Assembly: GCA_002733465.1 (NCBI GenBank)
Contig: NVVT01000011.1
Location: forward strand, 91,048-140,976
DNA from: Kangiella sp.
GTDB lineage: Bacteria > Pseudomonadota > Gammaproteobacteria > Enterobacterales > Kangiellaceae
Length of the DNA: 49,929 bases
Direction of reading: 5' to 3'
Shown here: positions 1-9,333 of the stretch, piece by piece
Layout: each line of letters opens with the position of its first letter
Numbering within the stretch: position 1 is the stretch's first letter
The notes under the pieces: generated by a model
Told to the model about the DNA's origin: nothing
What the model saw: the letters and a program-made list of their open reading frames with translations, nothing else
The model's database searches: none
Position numbers and translations under genes: made by a program

Positions 1-1445
1 TACATTGTGGAGCTGTTGTATCGGTTTCATCCGTACTGACCACCCCGATCACTTTACTAACAATAAATCCACTAAGATCCGTAGAATAAACCACACAACG
101 ATAACCGGTATTAAATTCTAAACCACTCAAAGTAATAATATGACTTTTTTCCAAAGCGATTTTATTGACTTCACTAATACCATTGATTGATTCACAAACT
201 AAACGCGTATCCGCATTAAAATTTGTTTTCCAACTCAAGGTCATGGTATTACCTGTGAGCTTTTCAATTATAGGACCTGAAGTGATTTTTAATTCTTGTT
301 CAAAAGAATCCACAACAGTGGTGAATGAAAAGATATTACTCGTCGCATTATTGCCCGCAAGATCAATTGATTGGGTTTCAAAAAAGTATGTAGTGGATGG
401 TAATAAATTGGTTAATGAAATTTTATGTTCTGATTTAAAGTCTGCAGAAGTTTCAATTTGAGTTAAGGAGTTACTGTCAAAACCAAATAAAACTAAACTG
501 GAAGATGACTCATCAGTTTGCCATCTAATTTCTGCGCTAGTATCCGTAATATCTTGAACCAGGGGTCTACCAAGAATTAGTGGCGCAGTTGTGTCAGGTG
601 TTGAGCCTGTAGAAAATGCGACATGTGAAGAAATAACTGGACCATTTCCAACCGCATCTTTTGAAGAAACCGCCAATTGATAATTACTGCTAGGCGATAA
701 TCCCGTTAATTGAACAGAGTGCTCAGTCACTAAACTCGCATCATCAGTCACACCATAAGCAGTACCATTATTAAAAGAAACACCGCTAGTGGCTGGCTCA
801 TTAGTTGTCCAAGTGACGACTGCCGAAACATCCGACACATCAATAACAAAAGGTCCACTGATAATGATTGGACTATTAAAATCAGATGCAGAAATTGTCG
901 TTACACTTACAGCAGAACTTAAGAAAGGTCCATTACCTGCAATATCATTAATGCTGGCGGTAACAATATACGTTTTATTCGATTCGAGATCAGTGATTAA
1001 CAATTCGTGACAGCTATTCGCTTCAGAAAGAGAGTAATCAGTACTATCAACCGTAACAGTTCCCGTAACAGGCTCATTAGCACAAAATGAAACCGTAAAT
1101 TCTTCTGGACCAACATCAGATGCAATAGGCGATTGAATAAATTGTGGAGCGGTAGTGTCTGGTTCTGTTGCGCTAGTAAAATTTACAGTTTCACGAGCTG
1201 ATAGATTGCCTTGCTTATCACTAATATCAACAAATACTGAATAATTTGTATTTGCAATTAAGTTAGTAATAACAACACTGTGGAAAGTAGTTAAGCTATC
1301 ATCCGTGACTGTATCGCCTCCCACTAATTCGACAGTGGCGGTAGTCACTTCATCAGTGATCCATTCGACTACGGCTGAAATATCGGTAATGTTTCTTACA
1401 TAGGGACCAATAATAATTTTTGCTGGAGTAACATCAGAAAAAACT
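1..1445 (-). repeat. Tandem FN3-like protein modules (about 95 aa, about 285 nt each, at least 5 copies) inside the surface protein gene
   Basis: Modules open with GP-x-V...SA-x-V-x-W-x-T-(D/N)-E, for example SPIIISGPFVIDVSDVSAVVTWTTNEPATSGVSF...HSVQLTGLSPSSNYQLAVSSKDAVGNGP. Several are joined by (P)DTTAP linkers (reverse complement of 1-20, 581-600 and 1141-1165). The repeats are recognisable at protein level and diverged at DNA level. Confidence 0.7.
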
Positions 1446-2161
1446 AGTTCCGCATTTAAGGCACCGTTAGAAGTCACCGGATAATCTAATTCAGAGACAT
1501 CAGCAAATCCACTTTCAGCATCTGACGCGAAGGTAATGTCGTAATAACAATCAACGTCATTGGCATAAAAAGAAGAAGCAATACAAGTATCCGATGAAAA
1601 AAGTAATAAGTCGTAATGACCATTTTCATCAGTAACCGTACTTTTATTAATATGGATAATGCTATGTTGCGAGCTTTTACCTTGCGCGCCTACTTCAGGT
1701 CCAGTCCAAACAAGCGTTGTTTGCATATCGACATTTGAAATACCTAACTGGTTGCTATCAACCACATTGCCAGAAAGTAAAAAGAAATCAAAAATAGAGT
1801 CTCGAACCGTATCACCCACTACCGGGAAATCTTCGCTTTGAAAAGACACGCTATTAGGCGCACCGGCGAGAGTCACATCAGTCGCATTGAAATATGCCCT
1901 AATAACATAATCACCATCGTCAACAGTCCAGCTATATAACCCGTCATCGGCGACTTTAATAATCGCTCCAGTTTGCACGAGAGTTCCACTATCTACTTGA
2001 AACAAAAGGGCATTTGCGCCAGATATGGGTGTACCATTTTTATCTTCAATGACACCAGATAAGGTGGCAGAATAGCTCGAAAAAGAAATAACCGAAGTAA
2101 CGAATAGAAAAATAAAGGATAACAATCGGGCTATTGACTGATTTGTAAATACCTTGCCCAT
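1..2161 (-). CDS. Large secreted repetitive surface protein, C-terminus cut off by the window edge (signal peptide, carboxypeptidase-regulatory-like beta-sandwich region, then at least 5 FN3-like modules)
   Basis: This gene is absent from the supplied ORF track because it runs off the window. Reverse-complement reading from the ATG at 2161-2159 gives MGKVFTNQSIARLLSFIFLFVTSVISFSSYSATLSGVIEDKNGTPISGANALLFQVDSGT. I hand-translated 1328-1441 (FSDVTPAKIIIGPYVRNITDISAVVEWITDEVTTATVE) and 2-61 (VSKVIGVVSTDETDTTAPQC) in the same frame and found no stops. GGAG sits 6 nt upstream of the ATG. Only short plus-strand ORFs occur in this 2.1 kb. Confidence 0.8.
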   Translation of the reverse strand, partial: MGKVFTNQSIARLLSFIFLFVTSVISFSSYSATLSGVIEDKNGTPISGANALLFQVDSGTLVQTGAIIKVADDGLYSWTVDDGDYVIRAYFNATDVTLAGAPNSVSFQSEDFPVVGDTVRDSIFDFFLLSGNVVDSNQLGISNVDMQTTLVWTGPEVGAQGKSSQHSIIHINKSTVTDENGHYDLLLFSSDTCIASSFYANDVDCYYDITFASDAESGFADVSELDYPVTSNGALNAELVFSDVTPAKIIIGPYVRNITDISAVVEWITDEVTTATVELVGGDTVTDDSLTTFHSVVITNLIANTNYSVFVDISDKQGNLSARETVNFTSATEPDTTAPQFIQSPIASDVGPEEFTVSFCANEPVTGTVTVDSTDYSLSEANSCHELLITDLESNKTYIVTASINDIAGNGPFLSSAVSVTTISASDFNSPIIISGPFVIDVSDVSAVVTWTTNEPATSGVSFNNGTAYGVTDDASLVTEHSVQLTGLSPSSNYQLAVSSKDAVGNGPVISSHVAFSTGSTPDTTAPLILGRPLVQDITDTSAEIRWQTDESSSSLVLFGFDSNSLTQIETSADFKSEHKISLTNLLPSTTYFFETQSIDLAGNNATSNIFSFTTVVDSFEQELKITSGPIIEKLTGNTMTLSWKTNFNADTRLVCESINGISEVNKIALEKSHIITLSGLEFNTGYRCVVYSTDLSGFIVSKVIGVVSTDETDTTAPQC

Positions 2162-2254
2162 ATAAAACTCCACTTTGATTTAAGCATTGTCAAAAAGTGT
2201 AGTACACAGACAGGAAAAAGCTGTTAAAAAGAAACAATGTTCTAAACAAGTGGT

Positions 2255-2345
2255 TCTTTATGCAACCCCGCTATCATAAATGACTAAACACTCTTAGATC
2301 GGTAGCTTTGCGAGCCTATTCTTTCGAAATAGGTAGCCAATATCC
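2255..2345 (-). promoter_or_regulatory. c-di-GMP-I (GEMM-I) riboswitch-like aptamer in the 5-prime leader of the surface protein gene
   Basis: The minus-strand RNA reads UUGGCUACCUAUUUCGAAAGAAUAGGCUCGCAAAGCUACCGAUCUAAGAGUGUUUAGUCAUUUAUGAUAGCGGGGUUGCAUA. It contains a GAAA-capped hairpin (CCUAUUUC-GAAA-GAAUAGG) and the conserved junction CGCAAAGC. A second hairpin carries a tetraloop-receptor-like CUAAG...UAUG pair. The conserved 3-prime junction AGCGGGGUUGC is also present (compare the V. cholerae Vc2 elements GACGCAAAGCC and UAGCGGGGUUACC, recalled from memory). It lies about 100 nt upstream of the ATG at 2161. Confidence 0.75.
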
Positions 2346-2588
2346 TTGATATTCAAGGACTGCTCAACAATACCTCATTTTGAGATATATGGTTTCTATC
2401 GACTTGTTAACGATAAGCTTTAATAATGCGTGAAACTATTTCTAAGAGTGCATTGAGGTTAAAGTAGGAATAAATTTATATTTGTTAACATCAATACCAG
2501 GTCGTATAGTTGAAGCTATTGATTCTAATTGGAAAACTAGGTATATTTTCTAGCTTGTATAACTATTAAATAGTCCGATAATTTCAAC

Positions 2589-2990
2589 TTGTTAACTTCT
2601 ATGAATCAAGATCCCTTTTATTGTTATGACTTCCATGATGCTCGTGTAATATGCGTTGTAAGAAAAGAAGATATTATCGAAATAGCTTTTGAAAATGCAG
2701 GTTTGAATAAGGAGCATTCGCAAGCATCAGGAAAGTATTGGGATATAACTAAGGGTGTGTTGCTTTTGCACGGAGTAACCGACGAAGAAGCTATTTTCTG
2801 GTCTGGAAATCAAGTAAGCGAAACGCACCCTGCTCCACAAATACCAATCGATTTGATTATGAAAGCAGAATACGTAAACGGCGTGCTTAGAATGGAGGGC
2901 TTTTTAAAAGATGTTCCTTGGTATACTTGGAACATTAAAACTAATAACTGTAGTGTAAATATATTAGAAAAAATTGAAGTAAACAACTAA
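2589..2990 (+). CDS. Hypothetical small cytoplasmic protein (the true start is more likely the ATG at 2601, MNQDPFYCYDF...)
   Basis: This is the only ORF in the interval and it has no motif I recognise. The track start is TTG; an in-frame ATG lies four codons later. Confidence 0.4.
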   Translation: MLTSMNQDPFYCYDFHDARVICVVRKEDIIEIAFENAGLNKEHSQASGKYWDITKGVLLLHGVTDEEAIFWSGNQVSETHPAPQIPIDLIMKAEYVNGVLRMEGFLKDVPWYTWNIKTNNCSVNILEKIEVNN

Positions 2991-3113
2991 ATGTCATTCT
3001 TATTTGCCTTTTTTACGATAACCTAATGTCTAATACAGAAAAAGTCAAAAATTTAAGGAATGTACGTCCAGCAAATTACAATTATTCGACTTCCTATAAA
3101 AAAAGAATGCCCA

Positions 3114-4121
3114 ATGAAAAATAACCAACTCATAATATATCAAGCCTCTGACGGAAAAGTCAAAATAGAAACACATTTTGAGAATGAGACCGTATGGTTA
3201 TCTACAGAACAAATAGCAGAACTTTTTCAACGGGATCGAAGCGTCATAACTAAGCACATTAGTAATATTTTTAAAGATGGTGAATTAAATAAAGAAATGG
3301 TCTGTGCAAATTTTGCACAGACCACTCAACATGGTGCAGTAAAAGGGCTAACACAATCAAAAGATGTTAAACATTATAATTTGGATGTCATAATTTCAGT
3401 TGGCTACAGAGTAAAGTCTCATCAGGGCATACACTTTAGAAAATGGGCAACCGCACTTATCAAAGAGTACTTGATCAAAGGTTTTGCAATGAACGATGAA
3501 CTGCTTAAAGAGGCAGGTGGCGGTAATTACTTTGATGAACTTTTGTCTCGAATCCGTGATATTCGTTCATCTGAAAAGGTGTTTTGGCGTAAAGTTTTAG
3601 ATGTTTACGCTACCAGTATCGATTACGACCCGCAAATAGAACAATCTGTTATGGTTTTTAAAACTATTCAAAATAAAATGCATTGGGCAAGCCATGGAGA
3701 AACAGCTGCGGAAACGGTATACAAGCGAGTAGATTCACTAAAAAAGGATATTGGACTGACTCACTTCAAAGGCGAAATACCGACAAGAAAAGAGGTTGAA
3801 ACGGCTAAAAACTACCTTGTAGAAGATGAGCTAAATATCCTAAACCGAATGGTGACGGCCTTTTTGGAAATTGCAGAAATCCAAGCATTAGATCGTACAC
3901 CAATGTATATGGCAGATTGGATTAAGCAGTTAGATAATTTCCTGAAATTAACCAATAAGAATATTTTGCAACATTCGGGAACAATTAGCCATCAAAAAGC
4001 AATTGAAAAAGCCCATAATGAATATACGATTTATAAAGAAAAAATTAAAAATCGAATTACCCAAGTTGAAAAAGACTTTATCAAGCAAATTGAGAATAAA
4101 ACAAAAGAATTGAAGCGTTAA
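3114..4121 (+). CDS. RhuM-family protein (virulence-island-associated family of unknown function)
   Basis: MKNNQLIIYQASDGKVKIETHFENETVWLSTEQIAELFQRDRSVITKHISNIFKDGEL...NLDVIISVGYRVKSHQGIHFRKWAT is the characteristic RhuM N-terminal signature. I place the start at the internal ATG at 3114 rather than the track start at 3060. Confidence 0.8.
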   Translation: MKNNQLIIYQASDGKVKIETHFENETVWLSTEQIAELFQRDRSVITKHISNIFKDGELNKEMVCANFAQTTQHGAVKGLTQSKDVKHYNLDVIISVGYRVKSHQGIHFRKWATALIKEYLIKGFAMNDELLKEAGGGNYFDELLSRIRDIRSSEKVFWRKVLDVYATSIDYDPQIEQSVMVFKTIQNKMHWASHGETAAETVYKRVDSLKKDIGLTHFKGEIPTRKEVETAKNYLVEDELNILNRMVTAFLEIAEIQALDRTPMYMADWIKQLDNFLKLTNKNILQHSGTISHQKAIEKAHNEYTIYKEKIKNRITQVEKDFIKQIENKTKELKR

Positions 4122-4739
4122 ATGTCATTTATATTCGCATATTTTTACGACAACTTAATGTCAAAAACAGAAGAAGCCTGCTTAAAAGAGTGGCGACAAA
4201 AACTCCTCAAAAATGTCTCTGGTGATGTTTTAGAAATTGGCGCTGGAACAGGAGCCAATATCGAGTTTTATCCTAAAAACATTAAATTAGTTTTAGCTGA
4301 ACCCGATAAAAATATGCGCCAACAAATTGAATCTAAAATCAGTAATAGCAAGTTAAAAACTACGATAGTATCTGACGGAACAGCAGAAAATATTGAAGCG
4401 AAGGATGACTCTTTTGATTTTGTTGTTTCAACTCTGGTATGTTGTTCTGTCACAAAGCCTGAACGTTCTTTACTTGAAATTAAAAGAGTCTTAAAACCTG
4501 GCGGTAGTTTAGTGTTTCTAGAACATGTTGGTGCAAAACAAGGATCTAAAAGAAGACGTTGGCAAAATATAATCAATCCATTTTGGAAAAAATTGGCTGG
4601 TAACTGTCATTTAAACCGAGATACCGAGGCATCTATATTGTCAGCAGGCTTCAAAATTAATGATATCAAACGGGAAAGCATGAGAAAAACAATACCAATT
4701 ATTCGACCTACAATTCGAGGTATGGCGGTAAAGCCATAA
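4122..4739 (+). CDS. Class I SAM-dependent methyltransferase (Methyltransf_11-like)
   Basis: It carries the SAM-binding motif VLEIGAGTGANIEF, an acidic loop LAEPD and the post-motif LKPGGSLVFLEH. Its ATG directly abuts the rhuM-like stop (TAAATG). Confidence 0.8.
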   Translation: MSFIFAYFYDNLMSKTEEACLKEWRQKLLKNVSGDVLEIGAGTGANIEFYPKNIKLVLAEPDKNMRQQIESKISNSKLKTTIVSDGTAENIEAKDDSFDFVVSTLVCCSVTKPERSLLEIKRVLKPGGSLVFLEHVGAKQGSKRRRWQNIINPFWKKLAGNCHLNRDTEASILSAGFKINDIKRESMRKTIPIIRPTIRGMAVKP

Positions 4740-4758
4740 TCTAGGTAGCCAACAGCTC

Positions 4759-6900
4759 TTATTGATCCTGTCGCCATTGCACACCTACAAAAAAGCTCCG
4801 ACGAACCCCAGGGAAATATCGCTCTTCAGTAAAAAAAGTATAGTCTGCGCGGGTGGCATATTTTTTGTTTAATAAATTATCTATTCGTGCAAAAACTTGC
4901 CAATCGTGATCCGTTTCCCAATTTACTCTTAAGTTGATCAGATCATGACCTTCATATTTATGCAGATTTTCTGCATCTGTAAAATAACCGCCTTGATGCA
5001 CCCACTCTAACTCGGTATTAAGGCTATCCGAGACGGCCCATTGTAGCTGTGCACTGCCGAATCGTTTTGGCGCGGTATCAATATCATTTCCATTGATATT
5101 TATTTCACCTAGCAATTGGTCGCTGACATATTGATGGGTTGCTAAAGATCCATTGATGGAAAAATTGAAGGAGTCGTTTATTAAATAATCGATCCGCGCT
5201 TCAACACCTCGATGTTTGGTTTGACCGTTACTTAAATTGAAAAAATTGGAATCTCGAAAAATTACATTATTTTTTTTCATTAAAAAAATCACCATTTCAT
5301 AAGAAAGTTGACGATGGTATTTCCTAAAACCCAATTCAAAACTATCTAGTTCAACCGATTTGAGATCTGCAACGGATTGCGATCGTTGCAATCGATATAA
5401 TTCAGTTGCCTGTGGAGCCCTAAACCCTTGAGCAAGATTTGCAAACACCTGCGAATTATTATCCAGTTGATAACCGACCCCCAATTTTGGCGACCAATTT
5501 GAAAACTCATCTTTTCGATCGTTTGGGCGACTGTAACGACAACCACCAAAACCACATTCAGTGCCATCCTCTCGGCTACGACCTGATAACATATTATTGC
5601 GATAGTCGTAACTCAAGTTCTCATAACGAATACCAGCGGTTATTTTCCACTGCTCTAAGAACTGCCAATCCAAGTGTAAAAAGGGTGCAACAAGGGTGGC
5701 GTCCACTTGGTAGTCATAGTGTTTACCGATGGGAATAGTGGCTTGTAAAAAAGCAGAGCCTTCAGTTGGATTTATTTGAGTTTGTTTTAAAAACCCGTCG
5801 CTAATCTCACTATCAAGACCGATAGACCAAGCTAGTTTATTACTCAGTTTTGAATAGTAACCCAGCTGAAATCCAAGGCTTTTCTGACCATTTTCTTCCA
5901 AGGGTTTGCCTGGCAAAAAATGCATTCTAAAAGTCATATCCGTCAATCGCACATAAGGGGTAAAGATGATTTTTGATTGCGTAGCTGAATTGCTAATATC
6001 GCCTAATGGTACTTCGAATCGGGACCATATTCTTAACGATTCAGCCTTTCTAAAAGCCTCTGGATTAGGGTTTGATCGAGCGACAGCGCTATTTCGATAA
6101 CTATCAGCGCCTAAAACAAAACCCGCTGTTTGTTGATTTAAATGAGTGAGACTAATTCCGCTATTCACCACTAAATCTTTAGTAGAATATAAATGTCGTC
6201 CACTCAATTTTTGTTGTTCATAGCCAGAATCATTTCGATAGCCTCCATCATGAGCAACGGTTAACGCTAGATTATAACCCGACGTTAGGTTATCAGAATC
6301 GGTGTTTCGGCTTCCAACTTGGGCTTTAAAACGAGAAAAGTCATCACTGCCTATTTCAATACCGAGCGAAGCGCGCGGGGATGCTGGTACGTCGGGAGTA
6401 TTAATGTTAATAATCCCATGTAGCGCGTTGGAACCGTAAAACGCACTTCCCGGCCCGCGCACCACTTCAATACTTTGCGCCTGTTCAGTATGTGCTTCAA
6501 AGAGTTCATTCACATTGCAAAAACCGGCGGCCCTTAAAGGGATATTATCCTCGGTGATTAAAAAACCACCGCAAGCTCCTGCTCCGGTTAACACCGGTGA
6601 ACGGATCGCCGGTAAATATTCTTGCCCGTTCCCTCGTTGTAAATTAACACCTGGAATTCTTTGTAATAATTCTTGAATATGCACATGAGCCACCTGACTA
6701 ATTTCTTCAACGGAAATTTTGTCAACATTGCCAATGTGCAAATGAGCATCTGAATCAGTGCGGGTTGCAATAACGATAATTGTTTTATCGTCAGCAGCTA
6801 GTTGTTCTTGTTGTTGCTCTTGTTGTTGATTTTTCGATTCCAAACCACTAACCAGCGGGCTTAGTAAAACCAATAAAACACACAGCGTATTTTTTCTCAT
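4759..6900 (-). CDS. TonB-dependent outer-membrane receptor
   Basis: It has a signal peptide (MRKNTLCVLLVLLSPLVSG), a TonB-box-like TIIVIATR, plug-domain motifs (IEVVRGPGSAFYGSNALHGIINI) and a C-terminal beta-barrel ending in an aromatic-rich terminus. Length is 713 aa. Confidence 0.9.
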   Translation of the reverse strand: MRKNTLCVLLVLLSPLVSGLESKNQQQEQQQEQLAADDKTIIVIATRTDSDAHLHIGNVDKISVEEISQVAHVHIQELLQRIPGVNLQRGNGQEYLPAIRSPVLTGAGACGGFLITEDNIPLRAAGFCNVNELFEAHTEQAQSIEVVRGPGSAFYGSNALHGIININTPDVPASPRASLGIEIGSDDFSRFKAQVGSRNTDSDNLTSGYNLALTVAHDGGYRNDSGYEQQKLSGRHLYSTKDLVVNSGISLTHLNQQTAGFVLGADSYRNSAVARSNPNPEAFRKAESLRIWSRFEVPLGDISNSATQSKIIFTPYVRLTDMTFRMHFLPGKPLEENGQKSLGFQLGYYSKLSNKLAWSIGLDSEISDGFLKQTQINPTEGSAFLQATIPIGKHYDYQVDATLVAPFLHLDWQFLEQWKITAGIRYENLSYDYRNNMLSGRSREDGTECGFGGCRYSRPNDRKDEFSNWSPKLGVGYQLDNNSQVFANLAQGFRAPQATELYRLQRSQSVADLKSVELDSFELGFRKYHRQLSYEMVIFLMKKNNVIFRDSNFFNLSNGQTKHRGVEARIDYLINDSFNFSINGSLATHQYVSDQLLGEININGNDIDTAPKRFGSAQLQWAVSDSLNTELEWVHQGGYFTDAENLHKYEGHDLINLRVNWETDHDWQVFARIDNLLNKKYATRADYTFFTEERYFPGVRRSFFVGVQWRQDQ

Positions 6901-6914
6901 TTAAACGCTTTTCA

Positions 6915-8045
6915 TTATTCTTTTACTGGTTGCAAACGTAAAACAGAACCACTGTCACTATCAGTCAAAACATACAGATACCCATCTGGTCCGGTTCGTA
7001 TATCGCGGATCCTTTGATTAAGTTCCTTAAGCATAATTTCTTGTTTAGTGACTTTGCCAGCTTTTAATATTAATCGTCTAACACTTCGTTCAGCTAAAGC
7101 GGCAACAAAGAGGTTACCCTTCCATTGAGGGAAAATATCGCCTTGGTATTCTGTCATGCCAGATGGCGCAATTGATGGCACCCAGTAAGTCACCGGTTGT
7201 TGCATTCCTTTAGCTTTATGATAGGGAGAAATAATCGCGCCCGAATAATCAACGCCATAAGTAATCGCCGGCCAGCCATAATTAAGTCCGGGTTTTATCA
7301 AGTTAAGTTCATCGCCACCTTTAGGACCGTGTTCGTGTTGCCAGATTTTTCCGTCTGCACTTAGTAAAATCGCTTGCGGATTACGATGACCATAGCTATA
7401 GATTTCCGGTAGCACATCTTTTCGTCCGACAAAAGGATTGTCTTGTGGAATACTGCCATCAGAATTGATCCGCAATATTTTCCCGAACATGCTTTTGAGA
7501 TTTTGTGCTTGCTCTCTATAGTTAAATCCATCGCCAGAAGTGACTAACAAAGTGCCATCCTTTAGAAAAACCATACGAGCACCGTAATGATGTGGAGTAT
7601 CTCTACCAGCTATAATAGTGAGAATGACTTTTGTTTGCTGAAGCGACATATCAACTAGTTTTGCACGAATCACTTTGAGCGTATTATCGTTTCTGGATCC
7701 AGAAGAGTAAGATAAATACAGGGTTTTGTTATTGACATAATCAGGATCGAGGATCACATCCATTAGCCCTCCTTGCCCTCGTACAAATAGCTCAGGTAAT
7801 CCTGAGATTTTCTGTTGCAGCAACTTCCCTTCTCGAATAATGCGCAAATTGCCGACTCTCTCTGTGACTAACATGTCATTATTCGGCAAAAAAGCGATGG
7901 ACCAAGGATGATCTAGCCCGTCAGCCACTGTGACGATTGAAAAATCTTTTGCTTGAATGATTTGACTCAATAGCAGAAAACAAAATCCAATAAATGGATG
8001 AAATAAATTGCGATTGCTTTGAATGCCTTGAATGCTATTTTTCAT
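6915..8045 (-). CDS. PQQ-dependent soluble sugar (aldose/sorbosone) dehydrogenase, YliI/Asd-like beta-propeller
   Basis: It has a signal peptide and the motifs LDHPWSIAFLPNNDMLVTER, GGLMDV, YGHRNPQ, EHGPKGGDELNL and NYGWP, which are typical of the sGDH/YliI family. Confidence 0.85.
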   Translation of the reverse strand: MKNSIQGIQSNRNLFHPFIGFCFLLLSQIIQAKDFSIVTVADGLDHPWSIAFLPNNDMLVTERVGNLRIIREGKLLQQKISGLPELFVRGQGGLMDVILDPDYVNNKTLYLSYSSGSRNDNTLKVIRAKLVDMSLQQTKVILTIIAGRDTPHHYGARMVFLKDGTLLVTSGDGFNYREQAQNLKSMFGKILRINSDGSIPQDNPFVGRKDVLPEIYSYGHRNPQAILLSADGKIWQHEHGPKGGDELNLIKPGLNYGWPAITYGVDYSGAIISPYHKAKGMQQPVTYWVPSIAPSGMTEYQGDIFPQWKGNLFVAALAERSVRRLILKAGKVTKQEIMLKELNQRIRDIRTGPDGYLYVLTDSDSGSVLRLQPVKE

Positions 8046-8490
8046 TAGAAAGCTCCTCAGGTTTGGACACAGAAGTTAATTTGGCGAACAACCAACCCGC
8101 TACCATGCAACAAATACCGGCTAATAACATTCCAAAGGATGTTCTAGCAGATGCGAGTAAAGTGACCCCCATAAAAAACTTTATTGAATAAAGAGTCATA
8201 GGGAAAGATGAAAATCCGGCGAACGAATACCACAGTTGACGATTTCCGCCAATAAAGCGATGGGCATAATTTGCAATAACAAATCCAACTAGAAAACTCG
8301 GTGCAATCAGCACTAATAAAGTTACCCCAAGGCCAAACAAATCCAAGGCCGTAGTCATTAAGCGATCGGTAAAAGAAACCGTCATTCCAAAACTGCTAAC
8401 TTCAGCGAGCACTAATTGGGTTGAGACTAAACTATTTAATCCTGCGGCAACCACAACCGACACGAAAAACCGAAAAAACGTTCGAAGCAT
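8035..8490 (-). CDS. Small integral membrane protein (4 predicted TM helices), first gene of the dehydrogenase/receptor operon
   Basis: The sequence is hydrophobic throughout. Its 3-prime end overlaps the dehydrogenase start by 11 nt, which suggests translational coupling. Confidence 0.5.
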   Translation of the reverse strand: MLRTFFRFFVSVVVAAGLNSLVSTQLVLAEVSSFGMTVSFTDRLMTTALDLFGLGVTLLVLIAPSFLVGFVIANYAHRFIGGNRQLWYSFAGFSSFPMTLYSIKFFMGVTLLASARTSFGMLLAGICCMVAGWLFAKLTSVSKPEELSNEK

Positions 8491-8652
8491 TGATAGACCA
8501 GTGATTCATTAGATAAGTATTCGAATCATACGACATAGGCTAGAAAATTGGAAACGGTAGAGTTAAAGTAATCATGTGACAATGTAATGGTCTAATTAAC
8601 TTGGAAGGTTTTCTAGCTTAGAATTCCAAGATCACTAGATCATTACATCAAC

Positions 8653-9252
8653 TTACGATCCAAACACAACCGGATAAAGCGATAAAATCAACAATCCAGC
8701 CATCGTATAATTAAAGATACGCAACCGAGTGTTACTACTCAAAAGAACTCTTAACTTCTGTCCCAATAACGTCCAACAGCTAACAGAGGGTAAGTTAACC
8801 AACGCAAAAACCAAAGCAACTATCGCTATTGATTCAATATTTTGCGATGGTGAGTACACACTAATCGCTGTAAGCGCCATAGTCCAAGCTTTCGGATTAA
8901 CCCATTGAAAAGCGGCTGCTTGAAGAAACGTAAATGGCTGACTTTCATCTTCACTCGCATCTTTTAACGACGCACTAGTCGCAATCTTAAAAGCTAAATA
9001 AAGTAGATAAGCAACACTAACAATTTTCAATATATCGTAGCTAACGGGATATTGGTTAAATAGTTGGACTAAACCAATTCCTACTAACAAAAGCATAAAT
9101 GCAAACCCAAGACTAACTCCCAACATATGAGGGATAGTTTTCTTAAATCCAAAATTGGCACCTGAAGACATAAGCATCAAATTATTTGGTCCAGGTGTTA
9201 TCGACGAAACCAAAGCGAAAAGTGCAAGGGCTATTATTACTTCTAAATTCAT
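8653..9252 (-). CDS. LysE/RhtB-family amino-acid exporter
   Basis: The N-terminal signature ITPGPNNLMLMSSGANFGF is present. It is 199 aa with about 6 TM helices and is divergent from an Lrp/AsnC regulator. Confidence 0.85.
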   Translation of the reverse strand: MNLEVIIALALFALVSSITPGPNNLMLMSSGANFGFKKTIPHMLGVSLGFAFMLLLVGIGLVQLFNQYPVSYDILKIVSVAYLLYLAFKIATSASLKDASEDESQPFTFLQAAAFQWVNPKAWTMALTAISVYSPSQNIESIAIVALVFALVNLPSVSCWTLLGQKLRVLLSSNTRLRIFNYTMAGLLILSLYPVVFGS

Positions 9253-9333
9253 TATTTAATGATCTACTAATAGGAGATTGTCACAATTATAATGCGAAAT
9301 TACACAAATTATCTTGCGTATTCACTATAAATA

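Noticed and set aside
165-1841. Plus-strand track ORFs 165-461, 789-1010 and 1659-1841
   Set aside because: They lie antisense to a continuous minus-strand reading frame (2-2161). That frame has a signal peptide, an SD and FN3-like repeats. The plus-strand ORFs are shadow ORFs.
2343-2359. Perfect palindrome TCCTTGA-TAT-TCAAGGA
   Set aside because: It sits immediately 5-prime of the riboswitch-like aptamer on the same transcript. It is most simply a leader hairpin, and there is no independent evidence for an operator.
6780-6850. Gln/Glu-rich low-complexity stretch (QQQEQQQEQ) near the N-terminus of the TonB-dependent receptor, and the poly-Asp linker of the PKD lipoprotein (about 13555-13585)
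   Set aside because: These are simple linker sequences after signal peptides. They are not repeat elements or slippage-prone phase-variation tracts, because they contain no long homopolymer or perfect microsatellite.
8512-8530. Fur-box-like sequence GATAAGTATTCGAATCATA upstream of the membrane protein / dehydrogenase / receptor operon
   Set aside because: By my count only about 11 of 19 positions match the GATAATGATAATCATTATC consensus. That is too weak in an AT-rich genome.
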